A DNA stretch of 64,000 nt, taken from NCBI GenBank assembly GCA_964411375.1, contig CAYPKR010000003.1, positions 7,237-71,236 of the forward strand. The letters are read 5' to 3'. A program made the position numbers and the translations under genes. Shown here piece by piece: positions 49,353-57,712 of this stretch. Each line of letters begins with the position of its first letter. Position 1 is the stretch's first letter. Origin of the DNA: an uncultured Candidatus Saccharibacteria bacterium. Its GTDB lineage: Bacteria > Patescibacteriota > Minisyncoccia > Phycocordibacterales > UBA12088. The notes beneath the pieces were generated by a model. The model was not told the DNA's origin and ran no database searches. It saw only the letters and a program-made list of their open reading frames with translations.

Positions 49353-49437
49353 GTATTCCTCCAAGAGATGGGGGGCGGCGGCACTCACAAATAAATCTTT
49401 GGAGCTCGCACCCGCTCCCCATCTTTCGGCGGAATAC
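49353..49437 (+). ncRNA. putative small RNA 2 or murB leader: long stem with a 33-nt loop
   Basis: GTATTCC/GGAATAC plus a 15-bp stem 49364-78/49412-26 (G-U pairs favour the + strand); TTGCTG-16-TACTAT upstream. Confidence 0.5.
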
Positions 49438-49443
49438 TATTCC

Positions 49444-50472
49444 ATGGAGTTTTTAGAACAAGTGTCTCTTGCAAATAAAACAACGCTCCACCTTGGCGGA
49501 GCGGCTTTGTTTTTTGTAGAAGTTTCAAGTATTGAAGAGTTACGAGAAGCAATCAAAAAAGCAAAAAATGGCGGACTTCGATTTAGAGTAATCGGAGGTG
49601 GATCAAATATTCTCGTTCCAGATGAGGGTTTCGATGGGCTCATCATCAAAAACTCGATACCAGGCATCCAATATGAGGAGATGGGGGAGAAAATACATGC
49701 AACGGTTGGTGCAGGAGAGGTGTGGGATCAATTTGTCGAAGACACCACTATGCGTGGATTCTATGGACTTGAAAACCTTTCAGGAATCCCGGGAACAGTT
49801 GGCGGAACGCCTATTCAAAATGTCGGTGCGTACGGAGTCGAAGTTGCCAATCTAATTGAATGGGTTGAAGTATATGATGCAAATACTGATTCAGTGCGTA
49901 AAATGTCGAATGACAAGTGTGCCTTTGGATATCGCGACAGTATTTTTAAAGGGCACGAAGAAGGAAAAGGTTTGTGCGTGACACGAGTACAATTTGTTCT
50001 TAGTAAAAATAAAATATTGTCACTTGAATACAAAGATATTCAAGCGGCACTTCAAGAGCAGGGAATTATCGATCCAACACTCAAGGATATTCGAAAAATA
50101 ATTCTTGCTATTCGAAGCAGAAAATTTCCTAATCTCAAGGAATTCGGCACCGCAGGATCATTCTTCAAAAATCCATTTATTACTAAGGAACAACTCTCTC
50201 TGGTGCAGGAATTCTATCCAGATATTCCAACGTACCCAGGACCCGATTCTCTCATAAAAATACCGATTGCGTATGTGCTTGAGCGCTTACCTGAAGGGTA
50301 TAAAGGAAAACGATTTGGGAATGTTGGTCTCTATAAAAATCATTCGCTGGTTGTTATTAACTATGGAGATGCAACCGGAGATGAAACACTTTCATTCGCA
50401 CAAAAAATAATTAGTGAAGTGAAAGAAAAAATTCAAATTGAAATGGAAATGGAAGTACAAATACTAAAATAA
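49444..50472 (+). CDS. murB: UDP-N-acetylenolpyruvoylglucosamine reductase
   Basis: IGGGSNIL, GLENLSGIPGTVGGTPIQNVGAYG, FGYRDSIFK, GTAGSFFKNP and HSLV. Confidence 0.95.
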   Translation: MEFLEQVSLANKTTLHLGGAALFFVEVSSIEELREAIKKAKNGGLRFRVIGGGSNILVPDEGFDGLIIKNSIPGIQYEEMGEKIHATVGAGEVWDQFVEDTTMRGFYGLENLSGIPGTVGGTPIQNVGAYGVEVANLIEWVEVYDANTDSVRKMSNDKCAFGYRDSIFKGHEEGKGLCVTRVQFVLSKNKILSLEYKDIQAALQEQGIIDPTLKDIRKIILAIRSRKFPNLKEFGTAGSFFKNPFITKEQLSLVQEFYPDIPTYPGPDSLIKIPIAYVLERLPEGYKGKRFGNVGLYKNHSLVVINYGDATGDETLSFAQKIISEVKEKIQIEMEMEVQILK

Positions 50473-50511
50473 AAATAAAAAAATATTTTTCAAAAATAAA
50501 AAAATAAAAAG

Positions 50512-50520
50512 TTATCCACA
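50512..50520 (+). promoter_or_regulatory. consensus DnaA box
   Basis: TTATCCACA in an AT-rich tract just upstream of TTGTAT-17-AATAAT. Confidence 0.55.
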
Positions 50521-50665
50521 TATATTTTTAAAAATGATTGTATATACATCATTCATTCGCAATAATAGTGATACAGCGTTAGTCATCTTGCATAAAAAAT
50601 ATTTCGCAAAAATATTTGGTCGAAGATGAAACTACACGCCCATACTAATTAAAACAAAATCTATC

Positions 50666-50728
50666 ATGGCAAAGAAAAAGAAGGCTGCAAAGAAGACCAA
50701 GAAGAAGGCTTCGAAGAAGAAGCGATAA
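50666..50728 (+). CDS. 20-aa Lys-rich peptide MAKKKKAAKKTKKKASKKKR
   Basis: ATG..TAA read by hand; 11 of 12 Lys codons are AAG; strong terminator 21 nt downstream. Confidence 0.7.
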   Translation: MAKKKKAAKKTKKKASKKKR

Positions 50729-50749
50729 TCTCTCTATCGCATCTCCCAC

Positions 50750-50785
50750 AACAAGGGCTCCCACTGGAGCCCTTGTTTCTTTTTT
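50750..50785 (+). terminator. intrinsic terminator
   Basis: AACAAGGGCTCC-CACT-GGAGCCCTTGTT followed by a T-run. Confidence 0.85.
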
Positions 50786-50912
50786 CATAACTAATATAAA
50801 AAAGCCATCTACTTTGTTGCGGGTCTCGAAAAAATCCTTCGCCGTATTGTCATACGTCTACGGATTTTTTCTCCCTGCGCCTCGTATCTGATCTTTTTAT
50901 ATTAGTTATGAA
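50784..50912. repeat. palindromic intergenic element, copy 2 (19-bp terminal IR)
   Basis: TTCATAACTAATATAAAAA / TTTTTATATTAGTTATGAA; inner GAAAAAATCC/GGATTTTTTC and CGTAT/ATACG stems. Confidence 0.8.
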
Positions 50913-50955
50913 TACTCTCGAATAGCTCCTGTTTTTGTGTTATCCTGCGGTACGT

Positions 50956-53487
50956 ATGTCATTTCTAAAGTCACTATTAGGGGGCGACGAAAACGGCAAG
51001 GCGCTTAGGAAAATGGCGCCTATTGTGGCTGAGATAAATGCTTTTGAGGCTAAAATCCAACCCCTAACAGATGAGGAGCTCAAAGGAAAAACTGCTGAAT
51101 TTAGGGCGCGTCTCGAGAAGGGCGAAACCCTCGATCAGATCCTTCCCGAAGCCTTTGCAGTCGTTCGCGAGGCTTCTCGTCGCGTATCGGGTCAGCGCCA
51201 TTACGATGTTCAGCTCATGGGCGGTCTCGCTCTCCATCAAGGCAATATTTCTGAAATGCGCACTGGAGAAGGAAAGACCTTGGTCGCAACGCTTCCTGCA
51301 TATTTGAATGCACTGACGGGGAAGGGAGTGCATGTCGTCACCGTCAACGATTACCTCTCTCGCCGCGACGGCGTATGGATGGGGCAAGTATATTCGGCGC
51401 TCGGTCTTTCCCTTGGCGTTATCACAAGTGACGCATCATATATATATGATGGTTCGCACAAAGAAGTTGAAGTGGAGGATACAGAACGCGATGAGCTCGG
51501 TTCGTTCAAAGTTTTTTACGATTTTCTCCGTCCATCAACGCGCCAAGATTCATACAATGCCGACATTACGTACGGTACCTCGAATGAATTTGGATTTGAT
51601 TATCTTCGCGACAATATTGCGTATGAAAAACGTGATCTTCGTCAACGCGGATTCCACTATGCAATCGTTGACGAAGTCGACTCGATTTTGATCGACGAAG
51701 CGCGCACCCCGCTCATCATTTCGGCTCCCGCGGCACAATCTGAATCTCTCTACGCAACGTTTGCAAAAATTGCCGCAACGTTAAACGTCGGCGAGGATTT
51801 TGAACTTGAAGAAAAGCATCGACAGATTTTGATGAAAGATTCTGGTATCGAAAAAGCAGAAAAGATGCTCGGCATGGGAAATATTTATACTGACGGCGGT
51901 ATCAAATATGTGCATCACCTCGAAACTGCTGTTCGTGCGAAGGCACTCTTTAACAAAGACAAAGAATACGTCGTGAAGGACGGACAGATCGTCATTGTCG
52001 ATGAATTCACCGGTCGTCTTCAGCCAGGACGACGTTGGTCAGAGGGGCTCCATCAAGCAGTCGAAGCAAAGGAAGGCGTGCCGGTACAAAACGAAACACG
52101 TACATTCGCGTCGGTGACATTCCAAAATTATTTCCGCATGTATGCGAAACTCTCTGGAATGACGGGAACTGCCGTAACTTCCGCCGAAGAATTCCGTACG
52201 GTCTACAATCTCGATACGATAATCATTCCAACCAACAAGCCGATCGCGCGCAAAGACAATGATGATCTTATTTTCCGAACCGAAAAAGGAAAGTTCACCG
52301 CAATCGCCAGAAAGGTAAAAGAACTCACCGAAAAGGGAACGCCGGTTCTCATCGGTACGGTTTCGATTGAGAAAAACGAACTTCTGGCAGAATATCTCTC
52401 AAAGGAAGGTGTAGCGCATGAAATGTTGAATGCAAAAAATCACGAGCGTGAAGGAGAAATCATTGCACAGGCAGGTCATCAAAAGCGCGTAACGATTGCA
52501 ACCAACATGGCGGGTCGCGGCGTCGATATTAAACTTGGAGGAAATCCCGCAACGCTTGAACAATATGACGCAGTCAAAAACCTTGGCGGACTCTTTGTCC
52601 TCGGTACCGAGCGCCACGAAGCACGTCGCATCGACAACCAGCTTCGTGGTCGTGCCGGACGTCAGGGCGATCCGGGTGAGACGCAATTTTTCGTCTCTCT
52701 CGAAGACTCTCTTATGCGTGTCTTTGCATCGGACACAATAAAAGGAATGATGGAGCGTTTGAACATTCCGGAAGACGAGCCAATTCAAAACAAGCTCATC
52801 ACGCGTTCGCTTGAATCTGCACAAACCAAGATCGAAGGATTCCATTTCGATTCTCGTAAACAAGTGCTCGCATACGACAATGTGCTAAACACCCAGCGCC
52901 ACTCGCTCTACGCAACTCGCTCGAGAATACTTCTTGGCGAACAATCCGACATTGAAGAATATCTAAATGAACAGGTTGCGGGCGATGCCGAAGCAATGAA
53001 AATCATTGGATCAAAGAAAGCAGAGCTTGGAGAAGAAGCGTTTATTGAAAGTTTCCGCCGACTCGCACTCCAAACGATCGACATGTTCTGGATGGATCAT
53101 TTGGAAGCGATGGACTATCTTCGCTCGAGCGTCAATCTTCGCGCCTATGGTCAGCGCGATCCGCTTGTTGAATATCGCAAAGAAGGTCTCCTGCAGTTTC
53201 GTCAGCTTGAGGAATCAATTAGTGCAAATCTCATTCGTCTCCTTCCATCAATCGGTGGAAGCGCAATAGTTACAGAAGAAAAGAAGATGCAGAACGTACA
53301 GAAGAGCGCAGTACTTCTTGGCGGCAGTCAGAGTGCATCAAATGCAAAGAGTGTGAACGGGGGAGTGAAGTCTTCTAAAATTGGCCGCAATGACATGGTC
53401 ACGATCACGGATGGTACTAAGACCGAAACAATGAAATACAAAAAAGCGGAACCCTTGATTGAAAGCGGCGTTTGGAAGATTGTATAA
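50956..53487 (+). CDS. secA: preprotein translocase ATPase SecA
   Basis: MRTGEGKT, VTVNDYL, VDEVDSILIDEARTPLIIS, ATNMAGRG and QLRGRAGRQGDPG. Confidence 0.98.
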   Translation: MSFLKSLLGGDENGKALRKMAPIVAEINAFEAKIQPLTDEELKGKTAEFRARLEKGETLDQILPEAFAVVREASRRVSGQRHYDVQLMGGLALHQGNISEMRTGEGKTLVATLPAYLNALTGKGVHVVTVNDYLSRRDGVWMGQVYSALGLSLGVITSDASYIYDGSHKEVEVEDTERDELGSFKVFYDFLRPSTRQDSYNADITYGTSNEFGFDYLRDNIAYEKRDLRQRGFHYAIVDEVDSILIDEARTPLIISAPAAQSESLYATFAKIAATLNVGEDFELEEKHRQILMKDSGIEKAEKMLGMGNIYTDGGIKYVHHLETAVRAKALFNKDKEYVVKDGQIVIVDEFTGRLQPGRRWSEGLHQAVEAKEGVPVQNETRTFASVTFQNYFRMYAKLSGMTGTAVTSAEEFRTVYNLDTIIIPTNKPIARKDNDDLIFRTEKGKFTAIARKVKELTEKGTPVLIGTVSIEKNELLAEYLSKEGVAHEMLNAKNHEREGEIIAQAGHQKRVTIATNMAGRGVDIKLGGNPATLEQYDAVKNLGGLFVLGTERHEARRIDNQLRGRAGRQGDPGETQFFVSLEDSLMRVFASDTIKGMMERLNIPEDEPIQNKLITRSLESAQTKIEGFHFDSRKQVLAYDNVLNTQRHSLYATRSRILLGEQSDIEEYLNEQVAGDAEAMKIIGSKKAELGEEAFIESFRRLALQTIDMFWMDHLEAMDYLRSSVNLRAYGQRDPLVEYRKEGLLQFRQLEESISANLIRLLPSIGGSAIVTEEKKMQNVQKSAVLLGGSQSASNAKSVNGGVKSSKIGRNDMVTITDGTKTETMKYKKAEPLIESGVWKIV

Positions 53488-53496
53488 TTACGTCAT

Positions 53497-53841
53497 ATGA
53501 AAATTCTCGCAAAATTACTCGTATCCATACTCGCTATTCTCCTCGCGTCTAAGTACGTGCCTGGGATTCATGTCGAAAGCATCTACACCGCGATCATCGT
53601 GGCACTTGTGCTCGGACTTTTGAATCTCACGGTGAAGCCGATTCTTTTTGTCCTTACACTTCCAATCACAATCCTCACGTTTGGACTATTTGCGTTTGTT
53701 TTAAACGCGCTCATGCTCTGGTTTGTCGGCTCTTTTGTAGAAGGCTTTGCAGTCGACGGATTTATTCCGGCTTTGATCGCGTCTCTCTTCATTTCGGTCG
53801 TTTCGTGGTTCGGAAACCATCTCCTTAAAGACGCAAAGTAA
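53497..53841 (+). CDS. YvlD-like 4-TM membrane protein (phage holin family annotation)
   Basis: LN-x-x-VKPIL-x-x-LTLP-x-x-ILTFGLF-x-FVLNA. Confidence 0.85.
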   Translation: MKILAKLLVSILAILLASKYVPGIHVESIYTAIIVALVLGLLNLTVKPILFVLTLPITILTFGLFAFVLNALMLWFVGSFVEGFAVDGFIPALIASLFISVVSWFGNHLLKDAK

Positions 53842-53897
53842 TCGGGGATTCAAAATCCTTGCCGATTCACCAACCCTAGCGTAGGCTCATACTACAT

Positions 53898-54869
53898 ATG
53901 GCATTTGTCGACGAAATACGAATACACGCAAAGGCAGGTGACGGCGGAAACGGCGTCGAGCGTTGGCGTCATGAAAAATTCCACGAATATGGGGGACCGT
54001 CTGGCGGTAACGGTGGACAGGGCGGCGACATATATATGACAGCGACCCGCGATCGCGGTGTCCTCTCCGACTACCGGCACGATCCGGAATTTTTTGCTGA
54101 AAAGGGAGAGCCCGGAGGTGGCCGAAGCATGCACGGCGCAAACGGGGCGGATACAACAATCAAGATTCCTGTCGGCTCCATAATCACCAATGTCGAAACA
54201 GGTAAGTCATTCGAACTTTTAACTGAAGGCGAAACCGTAAAGGTTTTAACCGGTGGTCGTGGAGGTCTGGGCAATGAGCATTTCAAAAGCTCTATCAATC
54301 GCGCACCAAAAGAAACAACCGACGGTAAGCCGGGTGAAGAAGCGCATTTTGATATTGAACTTCGCCTTATCGCAGATCTCGGGTTCATCGGACTGCCGAA
54401 TGCAGGGAAGACCAGTCTTTTAAACGCACTCACTCGCTCACAGGCAAAAACGGGAAACTACGCCTTCACGACGCTTGAGCCAAATCTCGGCGACATGATG
54501 GGCTATATTCTTGCTGATATTCCGGGACTCATTGAAGGCGCATCCGAAGGGAAGGGGCTGGGACACAAATTCCTCAGGCACGTAGCACGCACGAGACTGT
54601 TGGTACACTGCGTCTCGCTCGAAAGCGAAGATCCGCTTAGAGACTACGAAACCGTCCGTGCTGAGCTTGGTGCATTTGATAAGTCACTTCTAGAAAAGAA
54701 GGAAATCATCGCGCTCACCAAATCGGACATGGTCACACAAGAGACAATCAAAAAAGTAATCAAAGACTTTGAAAAGCTCGCCGAGAAGGTAACGCCAATT
54801 ACCATCCTCGACGACTCAGTTATGAAAACCTTCCGCGAAACGCTGATGAAGTTTTTGGAAGAAAAATAA
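53898..54869 (+). CDS. obgE: GTPase ObgE/CgtA (no C-terminal OCT domain)
   Basis: FVDE..AGDGGNG, Gly-rich Obg fold, GLPNAGKT, YAFTTLEP, DIPGLIEGA and TKSD. Confidence 0.96.
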   Translation: MAFVDEIRIHAKAGDGGNGVERWRHEKFHEYGGPSGGNGGQGGDIYMTATRDRGVLSDYRHDPEFFAEKGEPGGGRSMHGANGADTTIKIPVGSIITNVETGKSFELLTEGETVKVLTGGRGGLGNEHFKSSINRAPKETTDGKPGEEAHFDIELRLIADLGFIGLPNAGKTSLLNALTRSQAKTGNYAFTTLEPNLGDMMGYILADIPGLIEGASEGKGLGHKFLRHVARTRLLVHCVSLESEDPLRDYETVRAELGAFDKSLLEKKEIIALTKSDMVTQETIKKVIKDFEKLAEKVTPITILDDSVMKTFRETLMKFLEEK

Positions 54870-54871
54870 CC

Positions 54872-55339
54872 ATGACCCACATCCATGAAAAGATTGATTT
54901 TACGGCAAGTGTGTATATCGTGCATGAGAACAAAGTACTTCTCCATTTACATCAAAAGACCAATCTCTGGCTTCCGCCAGGCGGCCATGTCGAGCTCGAC
55001 GAAGATCCGAATGAAACCGCGATCCGTGAAGCAAAAGAAGAATGCGGACTCGACATTAATCTTATAGGCAATCCGGTAGGATCGGGAGGAGTCACGGGAA
55101 ACTCACGCGAACTTATCCCACCAAAATTTTTGAACCGCCATTTCTTTATTGGTGGAAGCGGACATGAACATATTGATCATGTGTATTTTGGAGAGGTGAG
55201 TGGTGGAATACTTACACCTGAAAATGTAGATGAAGATTGGCGATGGGTAAGTAGGGAAGAGATCGAGTCCGACACAATCCCACTAAAAGCAGATATCCGC
55301 GCGTACGCACTCGCGGCACTCCGAGAACTTTCAAAATAA
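54872..55339 (+). CDS. Nudix hydrolase
   Basis: WLPPGGHVELDEDPNETAIREAKEECG intact Nudix box; H-x-H-I-D. Confidence 0.9.
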   Translation: MTHIHEKIDFTASVYIVHENKVLLHLHQKTNLWLPPGGHVELDEDPNETAIREAKEECGLDINLIGNPVGSGGVTGNSRELIPPKFLNRHFFIGGSGHEHIDHVYFGEVSGGILTPENVDEDWRWVSREEIESDTIPLKADIRAYALAALRELSK

Positions 55340-55344
55340 AACTA

Positions 55345-55373
55345 TCGCCTTGCCGAGAATCTCGGCAAGGCGA
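55345..55373. terminator. 13-bp hairpin between convergent genes
   Basis: TCGCCTTGCCGAG-AAT-CTCGGCAAGGCGA. Confidence 0.65.
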
Positions 55374-55379
55374 CTTCGT

Positions 55380-55856
55380 TTAGCGGTGCCACGGTTGTCG
55401 GGCACGAATATCGATTTCTTCGTTTCGACGCCCCTGTTTCAGTATCTGGATTATTCTGTAGATACATTCAAACAGAAACATCACTAGAGTTCCGAGCGTA
55501 AGCCCTATATTTGTCCAGGCGTCAGTAACTTCCGCTACATAATTGCTGTCATCAGAGAGTCCGCCGATTGAATACAGCGACCAGTAGTCCAATATGAATC
55601 TGGTCAACAAACTAGTTGCAGCAAGACACATGACCCCGAGAACCACCACATCCCATTTTCTTGGGATAGAAGGGTACATGATTTTTCCAATTACCATGTA
55701 CATTACTACCGATCCGCCAACGGTGCCCGCTAAAAGGTGCATGAATATCTGGTACTCGAGCCACCATGGCTTGGGGGTGAGAAGGTAGGCTATTCCGCCG
55801 ATTGCGAAACTGCATAAGCAGGGAACAAAAAATTGCCACAACCTCTGCTTGATCAT
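55380..55856 (-). CDS. hypothetical 4-TM membrane protein
   Basis: Four hydrophobic segments; TTGACA-16-TATAGT at 55916-55889; GGAG 9 nt before ATG 55856. Confidence 0.65.
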   Translation of the reverse strand: MIKQRLWQFFVPCLCSFAIGGIAYLLTPKPWWLEYQIFMHLLAGTVGGSVVMYMVIGKIMYPSIPRKWDVVVLGVMCLAATSLLTRFILDYWSLYSIGGLSDDSNYVAEVTDAWTNIGLTLGTLVMFLFECIYRIIQILKQGRRNEEIDIRARQPWHR

Positions 55857-55956
55857 CAGGTCAGTCTCCACTGTGTTGCGCTTCCGTCACTATAAAGTAG
55901 AAAAGTCTACTGTCAATTTTTGAGCCTTCAGGGATAATCTGTTAGGATAGCGGGAC

Positions 55957-57369
55957 ATGGCAACCTATCGCCCTACCATCGGACTCGAGATCCACGCAGA
56001 GCTTCGTACAAATACGAAGATGTTCTGCAACTCCAAAAATGACCCAGACGAGACTCGTCCGAACGTGAATATTTGCCCAGTCTGTATGGGGCATCCAGGG
56101 ACACTCCCGACGATCAATAAGGAGGCTGTAAAGCACGTCCTCAAGGTTGGACTCGCGCTCGGCGGAACTATTGCCGACTACACCGAATTTGATCGTAAAA
56201 ACTATTTCTACCCAGATATTCCAAAAGGCTATCAAATCAGCCAATACAAATATCCGCTTGTTGCCGGTGGGGAACTTGCGGGGATCTCGGTTACCCGAGT
56301 TCATCTCGAAGAAGATACTGCGCGCTCACAGCACGAAGGGGAAGGCAGTATCGTTGATTTCAATCGTGCAGGAGTTCCTTTGATGGAGCTGGTGACTGAA
56401 CCAGTTATTCATGACGCAGAGACTGCAGGAAAATTTGCAAAAGAATTACAACTCTTACTTCGAACACTTGGCGTTTCAAATGCCAACATGGAAAAAGGGG
56501 AAATGCGGGTCGAAGCAAATATCTCAATCTCGGCTAGCGAAGAATTCGGGACGAAAGTCGAGGTCAAAAACTTGAACTCCTTTAAGTCAGTCGAAAAGGC
56601 GATCGCGTACGAGCTGACTCGTCAGGCCGAGATCTTGGATAGGGGAGAAAAGGTGATTCAGGAAACGCGCGGTTGGGATGAAATCAAACAAGTAACATTT
56701 TCACAGCGTCTCAAAGAGACCAGTGAGGACTATCGATATTTTCCAGATCCTGATTTGCCAAAACTCATAATCTCAGAAGTGCCAGAATTTTCTGGAACAA
56801 ATCTTCGCGGAGAGATGCCGGAACTTCCGAATACAAAACGCGAACGCTACCAAAAAGAATTTGGACTGAAAGTTAGTGATATCGAAATATTTGTTACTGA
56901 TACAACGCTCGGAAACTTTTTTGAATCAACAATCGAAAAAATTTCTGACAAGAAAAATATTCAACTCGCGGCAAATTATATTACTTCCGACCTCGTCGGT
57001 CTTTTGAAGGGAAGTTCGGTCAAAGAATCAAAGTTAATTCCAGGTTCTTTTGCAGAACTAATCCAGATGAATGGTGAGGGGTTGCTATCATCGCGCGGCA
57101 CCAAAGACCTCCTTGCTGTCCTGGTCGCGGAAGGAGGCGAGCCAAGAGTCGTAGCTGAAGAAAGAGGACTCATTCAGGAAAATGATGAGGTGGCACTCCG
57201 GGGAGCAGTGGAGAAGGTGATAGCGGGGAATAGCGGGGCCGTAGAGGAGTTTAGAAATGGAAAAAAATCGTCGATTCAATTCCTCGTTGGACAAGTTATG
57301 AAAGAAACAAAAGGCTCGGCTAATCCAACTGCAGTCCAAAAGATACTCCGAGAAGTTCTCGGCAAGTAG
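55957..57369 (+). CDS. gatB: Asp/Glu-tRNA amidotransferase subunit B
   Basis: IGLEIHAEL, CPVC-x-G-x-PG-x-LP, FDRKNYFYPD, HLEED, NRAGVPLME, VKNLNSF and YRYFPDPDL. Confidence 0.97.
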   Translation: MATYRPTIGLEIHAELRTNTKMFCNSKNDPDETRPNVNICPVCMGHPGTLPTINKEAVKHVLKVGLALGGTIADYTEFDRKNYFYPDIPKGYQISQYKYPLVAGGELAGISVTRVHLEEDTARSQHEGEGSIVDFNRAGVPLMELVTEPVIHDAETAGKFAKELQLLLRTLGVSNANMEKGEMRVEANISISASEEFGTKVEVKNLNSFKSVEKAIAYELTRQAEILDRGEKVIQETRGWDEIKQVTFSQRLKETSEDYRYFPDPDLPKLIISEVPEFSGTNLRGEMPELPNTKRERYQKEFGLKVSDIEIFVTDTTLGNFFESTIEKISDKKNIQLAANYITSDLVGLLKGSSVKESKLIPGSFAELIQMNGEGLLSSRGTKDLLAVLVAEGGEPRVVAEERGLIQENDEVALRGAVEKVIAGNSGAVEEFRNGKKSSIQFLVGQVMKETKGSANPTAVQKILREVLGK

Positions 57370-57384
57370 CTGGACGAAATAGGT

Positions 57385-57422
57385 AATAAAAAGAATCTCG
57401 GCTAGCCGAGATTCTTTTTATT
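57385..57422. terminator. perfect 38-bp palindrome (gatB terminator and/or operator)
   Basis: AATAAAAAGAATCTCGGCT|AGCCGAGATTCTTTTTATT. Confidence 0.75.
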
Positions 57423-57712
57423 TAAAGGATATTTCAACGATTACTACCCTTGAGATTTAGGTACTCGCAAGACTATTAATGTCGAATTCCATGCCCTGCT
57501 CCCCTGTTTTACGACCCAGGATCTAGATGGTCGGGAAAGATAATGTATTTAAAAATAGAAAGCTAAATTAGCTCCGATTCGGAAGACTAGGGAACTCAAA
57601 CCTAAAACGACCAGCAATTAATTCTTTAAAGGGTTACTGATTTCTACTTGACCACAGATTTTTAATAAAATCGGCTAGCTCGATTTAACTAGTCTCGTGT
57701 AGAATAGCAGTA

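Noticed and set aside
49353-49437. tRNA, tmRNA or SRP RNA
   Set aside because: No T-arm GTTCGA with a CCA end, no tag reading frame and no SRP domain IV motif are visible on either strand.
49225-49443. 73-aa N-terminal extension of MurB in the ORF track
   Set aside because: MurB homology begins at MEFLEQ (49444); the extension crosses a terminator, a promoter-like element and the structured RNA region.
50473-50665. Replication origin (AT-rich tract plus DnaA box)
   Set aside because: Only one consensus box is present, with no box cluster and no dnaA/dnaN nearby; the region is better explained as the promoter of the peptide gene.
53497-53841. Prophage suggested by the holin-family annotation
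   Set aside because: YvlD-type proteins are common chromosomal genes; the flanks are secA and obgE, and there are no phage genes.
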